DNA of 64,000 nt from Antedon mediterranea (taxonomy: Eukaryota; Animalia; Echinodermata): positions 2,418,001 through 2,482,000 of the forward strand of contig NC_092671.1 in assembly GCF_964355755.1 (NCBI RefSeq), read 5' to 3'. The notes below the pieces were generated by a model. The model saw only the letters and a list, made by a program, of their open reading frames with translations. It did no database searches and was not told the DNA's origin. Both the position numbers and the translations under genes were made by a program. Shown here one piece after another: positions 38,301 to 51,337 of the stretch (its first letter is position 1; every line of letters starts with the position of its first letter).

Positions 38301-41300
38301 AAATTTTAACAAATATTTTTAAAAATAAAAAAACTTTTTTAGATAAATTATATTGTCCTGAAAATATAATTATTCTGGTTAATATGCCATTTTTATATAG
38401 TTATTCCCTCTGACTGTAAATTGGAACAAAAGAAAAATGTTTTGATATTTTTTTTTAATCTCAGCAACAGAAATAACCGACAGCAATATAACAGAGGTAA
38501 CCGGAATGATTTCCGAGGGTATCAGAATTCTCCAAATGGAGTCCGAGACGAATATGCTAATTTGATGACTCAGAAAGAGAAGGATTGGGTTCTGAGAATT
38601 CAAATGTTGCAACTTCAGTCGGAGGATCCAATGACAGAAGACTTTTACTATCAGGTAATGTATTTACTGCCAAATAAGGAATTGTTATTACCAAATAAGG
38701 ATTTGTTATTACCAAACAAGGAATTTTTAATACCAAATAAGTATGTTTACTAAAAGAGTTTACTATCAAATTAAGATATGATACCAAATAAGGATTTTTA
38801 CTACCAAATATTAAAATATGTTATAGTCAACTCTCCCAATACCAGACATTTTGGCTGGCCTTATATGTCTGGATTTCGGTTAAGTGTGGCATTCTGAGTG
38901 TTTTTACTCGGGGTACCCAAGTCTAGGACTTGTTCATCTTCTCCTCTTCTTCCATCCGACACTATTGAGCAAAAAGTGCGATTTATAAAGTACTACTCCT
39001 CCCTTATTCGTTGTAGTATTGAGCTGGGATTTGGCATGAGTATACTTCAGGGACATGTCCTCAAAGCTATAGAGCCGGATTTTTTAATTTCAAACCGGAT
39101 GCAGCCATATCACGTCTCGAAAATGGTACCGTATAGCTGTATTTGGTAGCGAGGTTATTGATGTGTATGTGACGTTACATCCGGTCTTATGACGTCCTTG
39201 CAGCTTCTTTTGCTGTACCCTGAGTATCGCAAATTCGTGCTTGTTAATGTAAAAATAAATTTGGAATCTTTAGGACCTTGATTTGAAAGTATTAATATTT
39301 TAATATTGAAATATTAAAAACACATCTTTTTATTCCAGATGTTTTTAAGGAAGAAGGAAAAGAAAGATGAGCACGTAGAAGGCATCCAATCAGAAGGCAA
39401 GGAAAGAAAACCAAAAGCACTCCTCCCGCCACCGAAGCTTGAAATCAGAGAATACAAACCAAGTAAATAAATTAGGAACATTTTTTGTAATGCATAGTTC
39501 AGTACGTAATTGTAATATTGCATAGTTTGGATATATTTTATGAAAATGTAATATGTTGTAGAATAGACAGAGAGAGAGGCAAAAAAAAACATGTTTTCAT
39601 GCACCATGGGGGTTGACCCTCATTTGAAATTGTCACCATTTATGATGATCAAAAAGTTCTAACACAGAAAACATAACACAACTATACATCAGCCATGAGA
39701 ATCACAATTAGGAGGAGAAGGAATATAATGATTGAGGTGGAGAGAATGAGAAAGACAATTTACAAAGAAGCTAAACATCTCCATAATAATTAATTTTTGC
39801 AATCAGATACAAGAACAGAGAGATATTAAGAAAGGACACATCTGTAATCGATATGACATAGAGGAACAAAACTTGAATAAATCTGACTAAGCATTTTCTG
39901 AAATGCTTAGTTTGTTTCTAGTCGAAGATTGTATTCTTGCAATTATGCTTTTACAAAAAAATTACAATTTTATTATTTATTTTTGTCAGTGCAATTTACT
40001 GGTGCTCTTGGCAAGCTGACTTCAGTAAGCGTTAATAACCCTCGCAAGATTATCGATATTGATATGGGTAACAGTGTCGATGAAGATGAGGTAGGTAGAT
40101 AGAATAGTGTCTTGCACTGTAACTGTGTGAATGACACAGTACAACTACTTTCGTTTGTCCTAAGGTTCTATTCGTGTCGAGAAACAACCGGGCTGAGATG
40201 GATCAGTACACTGATGTTTACCCCTTCTCTTCTTATAAGTGCCACAAGTGGATAGACCGAGGGGAGTTTTTTTGTAAAGCTCTGTCTACACTATCTTTTT
40301 TTTTAATGTGACAACAAAATCTGATGTGCCCATATATAGACATGGTGATGTCATATCACTACCATATTTGGGCATATCACTACCATATTTGGGCACATCA
40401 CAGTTTTTTTGTCAAACTAGTTTGATAGTGTAGACAGGGCTTTATACTCTTATACTTATTCATTTGTAAGTATTTTGAGTACAGTATTAAATTTTATATT
40501 TTAGGAATCAAAGGCTAAGACAGTTATTCATTCAAACAAACAACAGAAAGCTTTACTAATGAAGATTGAAAGGCTATACATTCTGATGCTGTCAATAAAA
40601 GACTTGAACCGTCAAATGGATGAAGCTAGGGAAGAGACTAACCTGGAAGACCTGCAAGGCAAATGTACTGCACTGCAACACAAACTGTTCTCTGGGCTCC
40701 ATATTGAACAACAGCTTGAAGACAGGTGGCTCATTTGCATAATTATGATAATTATACATATTTTGCATAATAAATTACACAAACCATGGAGAAATAATTA
40801 TTTCTCCATGCACAAACACAATTCACAGTCTACACATATATACATAAATGTGATATTTTAGTTTTAAAAATTGCATCACATGGATTGACTTCGTACTAAT
40901 CGGCCATTTTGTATTGTTTTAAAATTACATCATAATCCTTGTTCCATCTAACAGAATGAACGTTAAATCGACCAAAGACAGTCATGATAATAATAACACA
41001 TGTACAGATTGATATTTTGTGTGATTTATCTTCTTTCATCTTGATGCAAAAGCTCACCCTTTTGTGCAAAGGTGGTGCAACATTTTACAGCCATTTTTCC
41101 TTCTCAATTCATTTTCTTTTGTATTGCAGATCTGTGTCTAGTTATTTACTAATTCAATTCCATTATTTATTTTTTGTGTACAAATTGTCTTGTTTTTTGC
41201 ATATAAAAAACATAATAAAATATGATAAAATGGAAAAAATGCAAATACAAACATTTCATTTCTCAACATTCAAGTCATTGGCTTCTGATATTAACATTTT

Positions 41301-44300
41301 ATTTTTTGGTTCCAGGACATCGGATGATCAATTTGTAAATGTTTTGTCTGTGAGAAAAGGACGCAAGTTGATTGGTCGATCTTTAGTTGTTTTGGAATCC
41401 CATCATGCTTATTTAGCCGTTGAGGCAGTATTCAAAAACCTCAACATACTTATCAAGCGGGAATTACAAGATGCTAAAAAGGAGGTGCATGAGGAGGTAA
41501 TGTGTAGTGCCTAGTACTTGCGTTACATCAGGTCATGTCCATGCGTAGAAACTGCTTCAGCTTTTAAAAGGAGGTTTTTGTTGAATATGCCACTTTAATG
41601 TCACATAAATAGTTACCAAAAATTGGATCAAGAACAAATTTACCTGAAAAACTGTTTAAAGCTAAAAATGGTCAAATTGACTGGAAGTCAATAGATTTTT
41701 GGTTGATTTTAATAGTTTATTTTGTCTTTTTATAAGTGAAAACATTATTTTTCTACAGAAGTGATTAACTTTATTAAAAAGCAAATTGACCTGTGAAAAT
41801 CTTTTTTTAAACATTTGTTCCTTGTAGTTAATACAGTTCATTAATAGGATGTCAAAAAAGAAGAGTTCTTTGAATGCTTTTTGTTACTCATAAATGGTCA
41901 TTAGGTACGTTCTTGATACTTGAGAATGGTAAATGTTTGTTGAAAAATCATGATTTGGTATCAAGTTATAAATCGTATAATTGTATAATTTTTTTAGACG
42001 CTACCAGTGCTATATCCTACAGTTCTTAGAGTGATTCAATCAGCGGATTTAAGTCGGCTATCGTCATTCGTAGGTCAAATTGTGTCAAATGATGAAGAAT
42101 CAAACAAGTCTCCAAACAACGCTGTTTCTTTATCATTACAATATAAAGTAGGTTACAGATTAATTTACATTTTTCCATCTTTTGTTTGAGCTCCACTTTT
42201 TTTTTTAATCTGTTTTACTGAATTGAAAGATTTTTGTATCAAATATTTTAATTTATTTTATACAGTGATTTAGTTTTACGATTGAAATAGTTTTTACTAA
42301 TGAAATATAATATTTCCTTCCAATTTCCCCCTATTTCAGTACTTATCTATATAAGCATTGTATTGCCTTAAGCTTTGTCTACACTATCAAACTTTATGTG
42401 ACAAAAAAATGTCCATAAATGGACATGATGATGTCATATCACTACCATATTTAAGCATATTACTACCATATTTGGGCACATTACACTCTTTTTGTCAATG
42501 TTTAGTTTGATAGTGTAGACAGGGCTTTAAGTATGAACTAAATAACTTATTTCTAAAATTGTTAATTAATTTGTTTCATATGATGCTAATGTATTCATAT
42601 CTTTTGTTATGATATATAAACAATATTCTTTATGAATCCAATATTTGTTTTTTATCAATAATGATATATGTTTATTCTTTATTAGTTTGGCTCGTCTATC
42701 ATTCTTATTCTCATGAACCGTGCTGAACATATCTACACCAATACCTCCCTTATTGATATCGACAATTCCACACAAAAAGTCTGGTAAGTCAAGAGGAAAT
42801 ATATGTTTTAACTGTAGTATGTACTAATGTAGTTTTAACATTAAAAATGAAAGTGCCAGAAAAATAATTAAAAGGGTAGTTGAAGTTGGCTGATGAAAAG
42901 AACCTGACCCAAGAAAATAACAATTACGATTGATAAAAATGAGGAGAGAAGAAATACCTGATCTAGATCGCAGAGACCAGTGGCTGTATTCATATTAAGT
43001 ATTTCACTTAACTCAATAAACAGAGGTCCCAACTTGGGAAAGTCCATTCGCAGGAGATTTTGTCGTGAACCACATTCAATTCGTCGGGGCGTCGAAAGTG
43101 AACGCGCGGGGAATCGAAAATCAACACGCGTGTCGTTTACGTCTCTTATAATTAACTAAATATGTTACATATACAGTATAATTTATATACAATATTTACA
43201 CATAAGTTGGCTTAATTTTTACATAGGTTTATCCATCAGTATTTTTAATTTTACATTCTTATTTTTTTTATGGACACATCCTCAGTACAAAGAATTTTAA
43301 AAATATATACTGTATTTTAACTAAAATTCAGTATATAAAATAATTTAACTTAATTACATAATGTACAATAAACACATAATAGTATTGCCCAATAGAATTT
43401 ACTCATTTTTTTTAGGCCTAGGGCTTCTACTAGGCCCTAGCTAGCTACCATTTTAAAACCCCAAAAAAAAATAATAATAAGAAATAACTATTCCGAATCC
43501 GTCTTATGCTACATTACGCGAGTTAACATATTATGAAAATGAAAAACATTGAGTTTTATATTGTTTTATCCATACGTAATTACACTGGCATTAAAGATAT
43601 AACATTAAAATGTAGGCCGTTTATGAGCTATTTCGCCGATTTCTTATCGCTGGGAAACTCTCCACCATCGACATCGATCGATCGAGGAGTAGGCCTAGGC
43701 TAGAATAGAGGCTTTTAGCGTGCATGCCGGAACGGGTGGATTATTGCTATATAAATAACAAGTTTGAACAAAAGAGCTTACGAAAATCTTAGGTAAATTT
43801 GTATTAAACGTAGGCCTACTTGTTTGGCGAATCCATGCCTTTTAAATCATTTTAACATGTTCGTATTATCGGATCGTACAGTAAAACCAAATAAAACACC
43901 GCCTCAACAACGATGTGCGTTTTGTGCGATCTGTTGTTCTTTTTTGCAGCGGATCAACATTGGTAGAGTCCATTAATTATGAGGGTGTTTAAAAATGTAA
44001 TAACTATTAAAAACGTGTCTCAACCACTGTGTAATCAAAGCGTTTATTTAGTTAAAACTTGGATCCTCCCAAAATTGATAATCGCGTATTCCGGTGACCA
44101 CGTGATTGATTCACGGTTGGTTGCACGCTTCTTTTTTTTTCTACGTCCGGCGTGTAGACCGTGCATGTTTATATTATTGTTACGGTTTAACAAAGGCAGT
44201 GCATACAAATAAAAATACAATAATAGACCACGGTAGATGGGTACTAAAAGCGGTAGACTACCGCGAGTAGCGGTAGACTTGGGACCCCTGAATAATTATT

Positions 44301-46166
44301 GAAGTATTTCTCTTGAATTGTTTTCACTTAGATAGGAGCTTGTTTTAATGTTAAGGGTAAGTGTTTCCCTCAGCCTAAGTGTGGCCACAGCTCTTAGGGT
44401 AAGTGTTTCCCTTAGCCTGTGTGTGGCCACAGCTCTTAGGGTGTTTCCCTTAGCCTAAGTGTGGCCACAGCTCTTAGGGTAAATGTTTCCCTTAGCCTAA
44501 GTGTGGCCACAGCTTTTAGATAAATTGATTCTGAAATTAAAGACGGCAAGGACTTTTTGAAGAAATTTTAAGATAAAAAGCAAAATCTTCAAATAATTGA
44601 ATCCTTAAAAGTTTAAAATCATATTGTCCTTGATTAAAACAGACCGCTTCCCTTGTTATAATTACAGACCACTTTGGCATCTATTTGAATGATGTTTTAA
44701 AGTAGAAATAATGAAAGCATATTTGATAATAGACTACTTATCACTTAGTGTATAACCTTCAATCAAAATCGATATACAATATTTAGTTGCAACCTATTAT
44801 TAGAATGTCATTGTTTAACTATTATATTCTAAATTATATTGTAAGTGTTTGTGATATAAACAAGCTTGGTTCAGTAATAGAGTCTCTCACACCGGTCCGG
44901 CACCAGCAACTAAAATAGAACGTCAATGTTTTGAATTGATTGTCGCATAGCCATGTGGAGCGTCATGAAAACGAAACATTGCCATTTGATTTGTTAGAAC
45001 AGGTGTGAGAGACCCTTTATAGTAAAGAGCTTCCCAAAACACATGGTTATTTTTTGCAATTTATGAACAAAAAATGTTTTTATAGTTTGTTTTTCCTACA
45101 AGTTAAATGAAACAAGATATACCATAGATTGCAATATGATTTAAACAATATTTTGAAATAAAAATGTGTTTTTTTATTATATTATTTTTTTATTACTATT
45201 TCAGGACAACTCTTGTTACGAGTTTGGCTAGTATGATATGTGCGATTGATACAACAATAGCGCCCCCATATGAACCCATTCCTGACGTTCTTCAACACTT
45301 TGGTAGGTTTGTTAGTAAACAGTCGTACATTGCTTTAGAGAGACGTTTAGGGTAAGTATATATACATGTTTTTACTTTTTTTACTAAATAGGATTTTTAT
45401 AGGATAACATTGGAGCAAATTTCAGTGTTTCCCTACTTCTGGTCCGCAGACAAAATATGTGCCTAAATGGTCACCCATCTCTCACAACAGAGTTCTCAAC
45501 TTGCTATAAATTCATTACTCTTGATTTGAAACATTTTTTTTTTATGCGTTGTATCATTCTAAACATGCGCACATTTTTCTGGGCATGTGCAGAATAATTT
45601 TCCGACTTGCGTAGGTGCTCAGTGCTTTTTATTTGTATGGTTATGGTAGACATGAAAGAGTGCTTTTGCGCAGATTTGTTGGTTCTCAAGTCATAATTGT
45701 ATATAATTTTGTATGTATTTCCAAAGTGTGCATCTCTATTTGTCCGTAGTTGGGCCGAATTTCCATTGTAATTATGGACGTTTTGTAATATTTGAGAACC
45801 CTGTCATAATCAACAGCTAACCCCAGAGTGTATAGTGTATAGTTCTGAGGTTGCGCCTATGTGATAGTTTTGAGTCTCACACTAGTCACATTTCCAATAA
45901 CAGACTTTGCTATTTTAAGATACAGGTTTCCTATGTAAAACGGTAGTATTGTAGTATTATGTGCTATTCCATATTGGTGTTCAATGTCACCCATGGATAT
46001 TTTATCAGATTTGATAACCAAAACAAAAGATTATTACTGTCATTATATTATGACGAAAATCCTGAATAATATGTTTATAATTATATATTGTTTGAATAAT
46101 AAAAAGTCATAATAGTAATAATATTATATCTCTTGTTCTTCTAATAGATCTTTGGAATCTGTTTAG
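29329..46166 (+). CDS. PATL1: Protein PAT1 homolog (mRNA decapping activator), ~800 aa, 17 exons
   Basis: Exons 29329-29364, 32792-32873, 33666-33805 (GC donor), 34402-34500, 34881-35042, 36597-36806, 37245-37612, 38038-38112, 38465-38654, 39339-39462, 39990-40090, 40505-40725, 41316-41496, 41998-42147, 42686-42783, 45205-45351, 46148-46166 (2403 nt). Pat1 motifs: [30 protein letters not shown], Pro-rich region, [68 protein letters not shown]. Confidence 0.96.
29916..31667. mobile_element. Non-autonomous hAT-like transposon with 5-bp TSD (hAT5-type) in PATL1 intron 1
   Basis: TIR CAGGCCCGTATCCAG / CTGCATACGGGCCTG; TACAG duplicated at 29911-29915 and 31668-31672; GC-rich subterminal blocks; no transposase ORF. 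Confidence 0.85.
34563..34640. mobile_element. Harbinger-type MITE family A, internally deleted
   Basis: Only the two TIR arms are retained. Confidence 0.8.
35085..35227. mobile_element. Harbinger-type MITE family A
   Basis: TIRs and family-specific internal sequence. Confidence 0.9.
35345..36205 (+). mobile_element. 5'-truncated CR1/L2-clade LINE 3' end (ORF2 C-terminus, 3'UTR, A-rich tail)
   Basis: Translates as ...[42 protein letters not shown], the typical G-P-x-x-W-N-x-L-P end of ORF2; A-rich tail at ~36181-36205. Confidence 0.75.
35585..36116. repeat. 59-bp tandem repeat, 9 near-identical copies
   Basis: Unit tgtctaacttatttattacttcattgtgtaggcttccagcccacatcacaggatgtgat. Confidence 0.97.
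36921..37049. mobile_element. Harbinger-type MITE family A
   Basis: Degenerate TIRs with intact internal sequence. Confidence 0.85.
38124..38270 (+). mobile_element. tRNA-derived SINE relic
   Basis: A-box-like tagcttggtagtt, anticodon-arm-like gccttccaa and B-box-like ggttcaatcc; no intact cloverleaf. Confidence 0.55.
38665..38810. repeat. 21-bp degenerate tandem repeat
   Basis: ccaaataaggatttgttatta units. Confidence 0.85.
38906..39225. mobile_element. MITE with TIR ACTCGGGGTAC / GTACCCTGAGT
   Basis: Inverted termini around a CpG-richer interior. Confidence 0.5.
40278..40441. mobile_element. Harbinger-type MITE family A
   Basis: TIRs plus internal duplication of catatcactaccatatttggg. 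Confidence 0.9.
42371..42526. mobile_element. Harbinger-type MITE family A
   Basis: TIRs with TTA on both flanks. Confidence 0.9.
43021..44290. mobile_element. Non-autonomous hAT-like element with apparent 6-bp TSD
   Basis: TIR CAGAGGTCCCAA / TTGGGACCCCTG; flanks AATAAA and AATAAT; subterminal ggtagac repeats. Confidence 0.7.
44353..44518. repeat. ~43-bp tandem repeat, 4 copies
   Basis: agggtaagtgtttcccttagcctaagtgtggccacagctctt. Confidence 0.92.
44879..45016. mobile_element. MITE (Harbinger-like TIR)
   Basis: agagtctctcacacc ... ggtgtgagagaccct. Confidence 0.55.
45488..45803. mobile_element. Non-autonomous hAT-like MITE with apparent 6-bp TSD
   Basis: TIR CAGAGTTCTCAA / TTGAGAACCCTG; flanks TCACAA and TCATAA. 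Confidence 0.7.
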
Positions 46167-48446
46167 ATTGTGAAGACGGAAAAATAAAGAAGTATAGAAA
46201 TCAAAAACAAGCATTAAATGTAAAATGTACCTTAAAGTATGTCGGTTTTTATTTTGATAATTCACAAAGAGATTAAATTTATTTTCAAATGTGTAATAAT
46301 TTCAATATTAATAATTATGTTCTTGCACTCTTTTGTGTTTTCACCAACTAAATAGTGTACTGAAAGTGTCGCCCATTTTTTTCAGCAATAAGTTGTCGCA
46401 AAGAAATTTACAGTAGAGTATTCATTTATCCTGTATAATACTTTTATCTCTATTTCTAGTGGTTGAGATGCTTAGTTGAATATTTAAACAATCCTTGTAT
46501 CTCTGTTTTTATTGGTAAAAAATGTACTGTTCAACATTTAAACAATCCTGGTTGTTTTTTTCAGCATTTACCAAAAATTTATTTGAAATACAGCTATTTG
46601 TGAAATCACAAAATAAAAAATTACAGTAAAAATTAAAAGCTATTGTTCTGAATTTACTCGCATACAAATTACTAACTGAAAAGATAAATATACAGTTAAA
46701 AAAATATTTTATCAACATCTCAGGATTGTCGTCGTGTTGCACAGGAAAATATATAAATACCTCATTTCAGTCATTAACTATCGTTAGTGTTTTATTCTTT
46801 TTATTTTTTATTTCAACTTTATTTATAGAGGGTAACCCTTCCAGCTGAACCCGCAGGTCTGCTGATATCCAGCGGCCATCTTAAAAATGACAATATATAT
46901 AAAACTATACTTAACTAATACGATTTTTTCTACAATTAAACTTTTCAATGCAATATTAAGTGGCTTGGTATTGATGTTACCAATCATATTTGGAGTAATA
47001 TTGTGACCTAAAGTCATTTGTATTGTAATAATAATAACATAAATTATTCTAAGAAAAAAATTAACCTAGGAGAAAATCATTTTGTGTTTCAGTAATGTTT
47101 TCTTCGATATTCTGAGTGTTACAGTATATATGAAGCCCAGGATTTACAGAATATATTTGCATTAAAAATTTAATTATTTTATTAATTTATTCATTGTTGA
47201 ATTTTAAAACAGGTATGAATATATTATGGATAACTACAAAAGCTAAATTCAATACAACACTCAAGACACTTTATAATAATAATATAATAATAATATAATA
47301 ATAGTTCATAATGTAATGTAAAGTAGCCTGAAGGCTAAAACCACAATATTTACATAATTGATAATTTGGCATTATAAAAATAAGAAACCATATCATACAA
47401 AAAAATAAAATTATTAAAATTTGGTGTGGAATAACCCAGGATTTTAAAATGGATGACATTAAACAGCATTTGATTATTAATACTATTAAAACCAAGTTCA
47501 TTTCTTACTAATTACGTAAGTTCATTAGTTAGTTTCATCTTCATGTTTTCTAGTTGGCTATAATTCAGGTGAATCAACAACTATTGTCTCGTGTAAATAC
47601 TAGGCAGGTGATTTTATATCCTGTGCAAGTGTATTTTTTTCAATAGCGACCGTTACTAAATAATGCAACTTCTAGAAATTTCTGTAGACAAAATTGCATA
47701 AAAAAGCATAGAAATAGACTTCGCGTGTGTATTGTACATCATGTATTTTCTGTGAGAATACAAATTCACATTTTATTGTGATCAAAATTTACATGCATTG
47801 TGAAATATAGTTTTGTTATGATATGTATCTTACCAATAGAAAAGGAAATTTTAAGAGATTTTTTTGTATCTTTTTAAAAGAAATATTTTATGATAAACAA
47901 TAATTTAATACTTTTATTTATTTATTTAATGCTTGTATTGTAATGATAGCGTTAGCACTCACTTAAAAGAAGAATTTTAGATATTTTTCATTCATTTAAT
48001 TTGAATGGGTATTGATTCTTTTTTTACTAGAAGTGATCTTAGAATATGATCTTAGAATATGATTAATATATCATTGAATCATTTTTGTTTCACAGATGTG
48101 CTTAGTAGTAACAATATATAATTTGTTAATAGTATGTTGGTTTAGGTTTTTAGAAATTGTCCGCCCACATTTGCTAAATATAGGTCATTACTTGAGGGTT
48201 GAAATTTTATTACATTAACATTATGCAAATTTAATATTCAAATTCGTTGATTTTTATTGGATGTTCTTGTCTTTAGGTGTAAAACCATGACAACCAGCCA
48301 TAATGGACATATAATATATTTGAATAATAACATTGACAATTAATTTATTGAAAGCAAAGTGCTGTATCTTCTCATATTACAATATTTTATCTGTATCATA
48401 GACAAGTTCCATAATATAATACAGCATCTTATATGTTTCAAAGTTT

Positions 48447-48948
48447 ATGCCTGTATCATGGAAGGTTATGGGTCTATGATGCAGGCATCACATGTGTTTC
48501 ACAGTTATGACTGTATCATGGAAGGTTATGGGTCTATGATGCAGGCATCACATGTGTTTCACAGTTATGACTGTATCATGGAAGGTTATGAGTTTATTGG
48601 TCTATGATGCAGGCATCACATGTGTTTCACAGTTATGACTGTATCATGGAAGGTTATGGGTCTATGATGCAGGCATCACATGTGTTTCACAGTTATGACT
48701 GTATCATGGAAGGTTATGGGTCTATGATGCAGGCATCACATGTGTTCCACAGTTATGACTGTATCATGGAAGGTTATGAGTTTATTGGTCTATGATGTAG
48801 GCATCACATGTGTTTCACAGCTATGACTGTATCATGGAAGGTTATGAGTTTATTGGTCTATGATGCAGGCATCACATATGTTTCACAGTAGATGCCTGTA
48901 TCATGGAAGGTTATGGGTCTATGATGCAGGCATCACACGTGTTTCACA
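48447..48948. repeat. Minisatellite, about 8 copies of 60- and 68-bp units
   Basis: ctgtatcatggaaggttatg(agtttatt)ggtctatgatgcaggcatcacatgtgtttcacagttatga. Confidence 0.95.
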
Positions 48949-49410
48949 TCTAACGTCGTATACAGAATCGATACTGGACAAATTTAGATAGTACCGAGAA
49001 TCGGCTGTTTTTCTGATATTTTTAAAAAGATTCACACTACTAATTTTCTTAATTGAAATGTTTGAAGTGTTGGGATTAACTAGTCACAGTTTAAATTAAA
49101 AATTCAGATTTGCATCTACAAAACGCTGTTAATAGCCACTAATGCGAGACTCAACTTCAATAGATTGTATGTAAATTTTGTCTTGAATTTGGAATAATGT
49201 TTCTCTGTAAAAAACTTCAACTCTCAGAAATGACCTACAGAGGACATAGGAAATGTTGCTTTATTGATATGTAGTTAGAAAATTAATATAAAAATGTATT
49301 GTACTATTAGAGTAATATTATGATTGTATTAGAAAACTATAGTGATATATTAATATTATTTTAGAAATATACCCATAATATGGCAGATGTGTGTATGATG
49401 TTATTTACAG

Positions 49411-49485
49411 CATGGAGGTATAAAAAATCAATGAATACATCAAAGGAGGCAAGCTAGTTGAATCTCCTTTTTTTATACCTCCATG
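49411..49485. mobile_element. 75-bp P-like mini-element
   Basis: Perfect TIR CATGGAGGTATAAAAAA / TTTTTTATACCTCCATG; 7-bp TSD TTTACAG (49404-49410 and 49486-49492). Confidence 0.8.
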
Positions 49486-49597
49486 TTTACAGTGTGTATT
49501 TAGGCACTTAAATTCTGCCATCACAATACAATAATCAATAAGCTGGCTTTTATTAGATATTAATTATTGTTATTGTTTGTAGTGGTATTAAACATAA

Positions 49598-49830
49598 TGC
49601 TTTATGCTAAACCACTTTTTCTTTAAACAATTATTTATTGCTCAATTTTGTTGATAAATTATAACTTGTTTAAACTGAAATGATTTAGATGTTACAGTTG
49701 GTACTTGAATATAATGTTATGCTTTATGCTAAACCACTTTTTGTTTAAACAATTATTTATTGGTCAATTTTGTTGATAAATTATAACTTTTTTAAACTGA
49801 AATGGTTTAGATGTTATAGCTGGTATTTTA
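49598..49830. repeat. ~121-bp tandem duplication
   Basis: tgctttatgctaaaccactttt...ttagatgtta occurs twice. Confidence 0.85.
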
Positions 49831-51337
49831 TATTTTATTGATTTAAATAATTATTGATTAGAATAGAAATGCACTGTTTTTAGTATCATGGTTATACCAA
49901 GGAGTTTACACTCCCTAGTTATACATTATTTTGAGGAAAAAAAATTGTTTTACTAATATTTTTAATCTTTATTTAAATATTTACCAGCCAGTCAATCATA
50001 TCACAACTGTAAATGACGTCATCACCGAGGGTGTAAACATTACACATTTTGTAAAGTGTGTTGTATTTTGGTAGTTAGATGCTTGATGTAATAGATGTTT
50101 GTCCAAAAACATTTGCTAAAACAGGATCAAACATTCTATTTTTTATTTGTTTGTGTGATAAAAGTGGATTAAATTATTTGTTCCACTTCCACACATAGTT
50201 TATATATACGTTAAGTACCGCCATGAAAAAGAGCAGTCATAATAAAGTATATCGTGCATAGAAGACCTATCGTTTTTGTTGTAACAGTCTCTGTTAAGTT
50301 TGTCTTTTTTATGTTAGTCCAACAGTCGGCGTTTCAATTGAATTTTAGCATATGACGTATGAAACGCCATATGTGCCAACATATTTATCTTTTTACTGAT
50401 ATTAAGTCGAAACACAGTCGTCTAGACTATATTGATTGCAATAATACTGAAAATTGGGACACTTCCTCGGGACCCAAAGAAGTGCCTCTAGTTCGTTTCA
50501 CAAGATAGTGTCCTCTCTAAACCTGGATTCACATGCGATGTACCATCCGAATTGTCGTTTGTCGTCATTGTCCTAGTGGGAACCAAACGTTTAGGATGTC
50601 CCTAAACAAATTGTTAATATTGAATACTTCATCAGGGAAACCGGTCGCTTCAAGTTCGAAAATCAAAAAAAAAAGATTAGATCGAATATTTGTAGAATTT
50701 ACCTTTAATTTCACGTATAGATACATTACCTGTACATGTAAGTTATACAACTAACATACTAAAAATGCACATTTTTTTCAAACAACTTTTTATACGGTAA
50801 TATACATACACGTTTCGAACCAAACTACGTATATTTCGCGCGTACCTACAATATACAATTTAATACAATTATGGCATACATAACACAAATACTACCATAA
50901 ATCTGTTTTTAGTTTCTTTGATCATGGCCATTAATCGCCATGTGTCAAGAATGCACATACAATGGAATGCCTTGTTGCATTGACTTTATATATTTACATA
51001 TTTTTGTTTTTGTTCTATGAGCTGTTAGATTAAGATTTTTTGTTCTCTCTTTTGCTATGGATATAATATTATGTCACCATGATATTCCGAAATAAAAAGA
51101 TGAATGAATGAATAAACACTCGTGAGAGATTCAGATAATACAGATAATAATTATTCTACTAAATAGAACATATAATAAATACCGGTACAGTACTTTTTGG
51201 TGGTATGGTTCATACTTGCATGCAGCAGCACATGCGCAAGGATGAGTTTTTGACCAATCACGACGCATGAATCATCCAAACTTTTTTTTGTTTAATTGCA
51301 TCCAAGTGCGAAAAATCTATACATTTGTTATTGTTAT

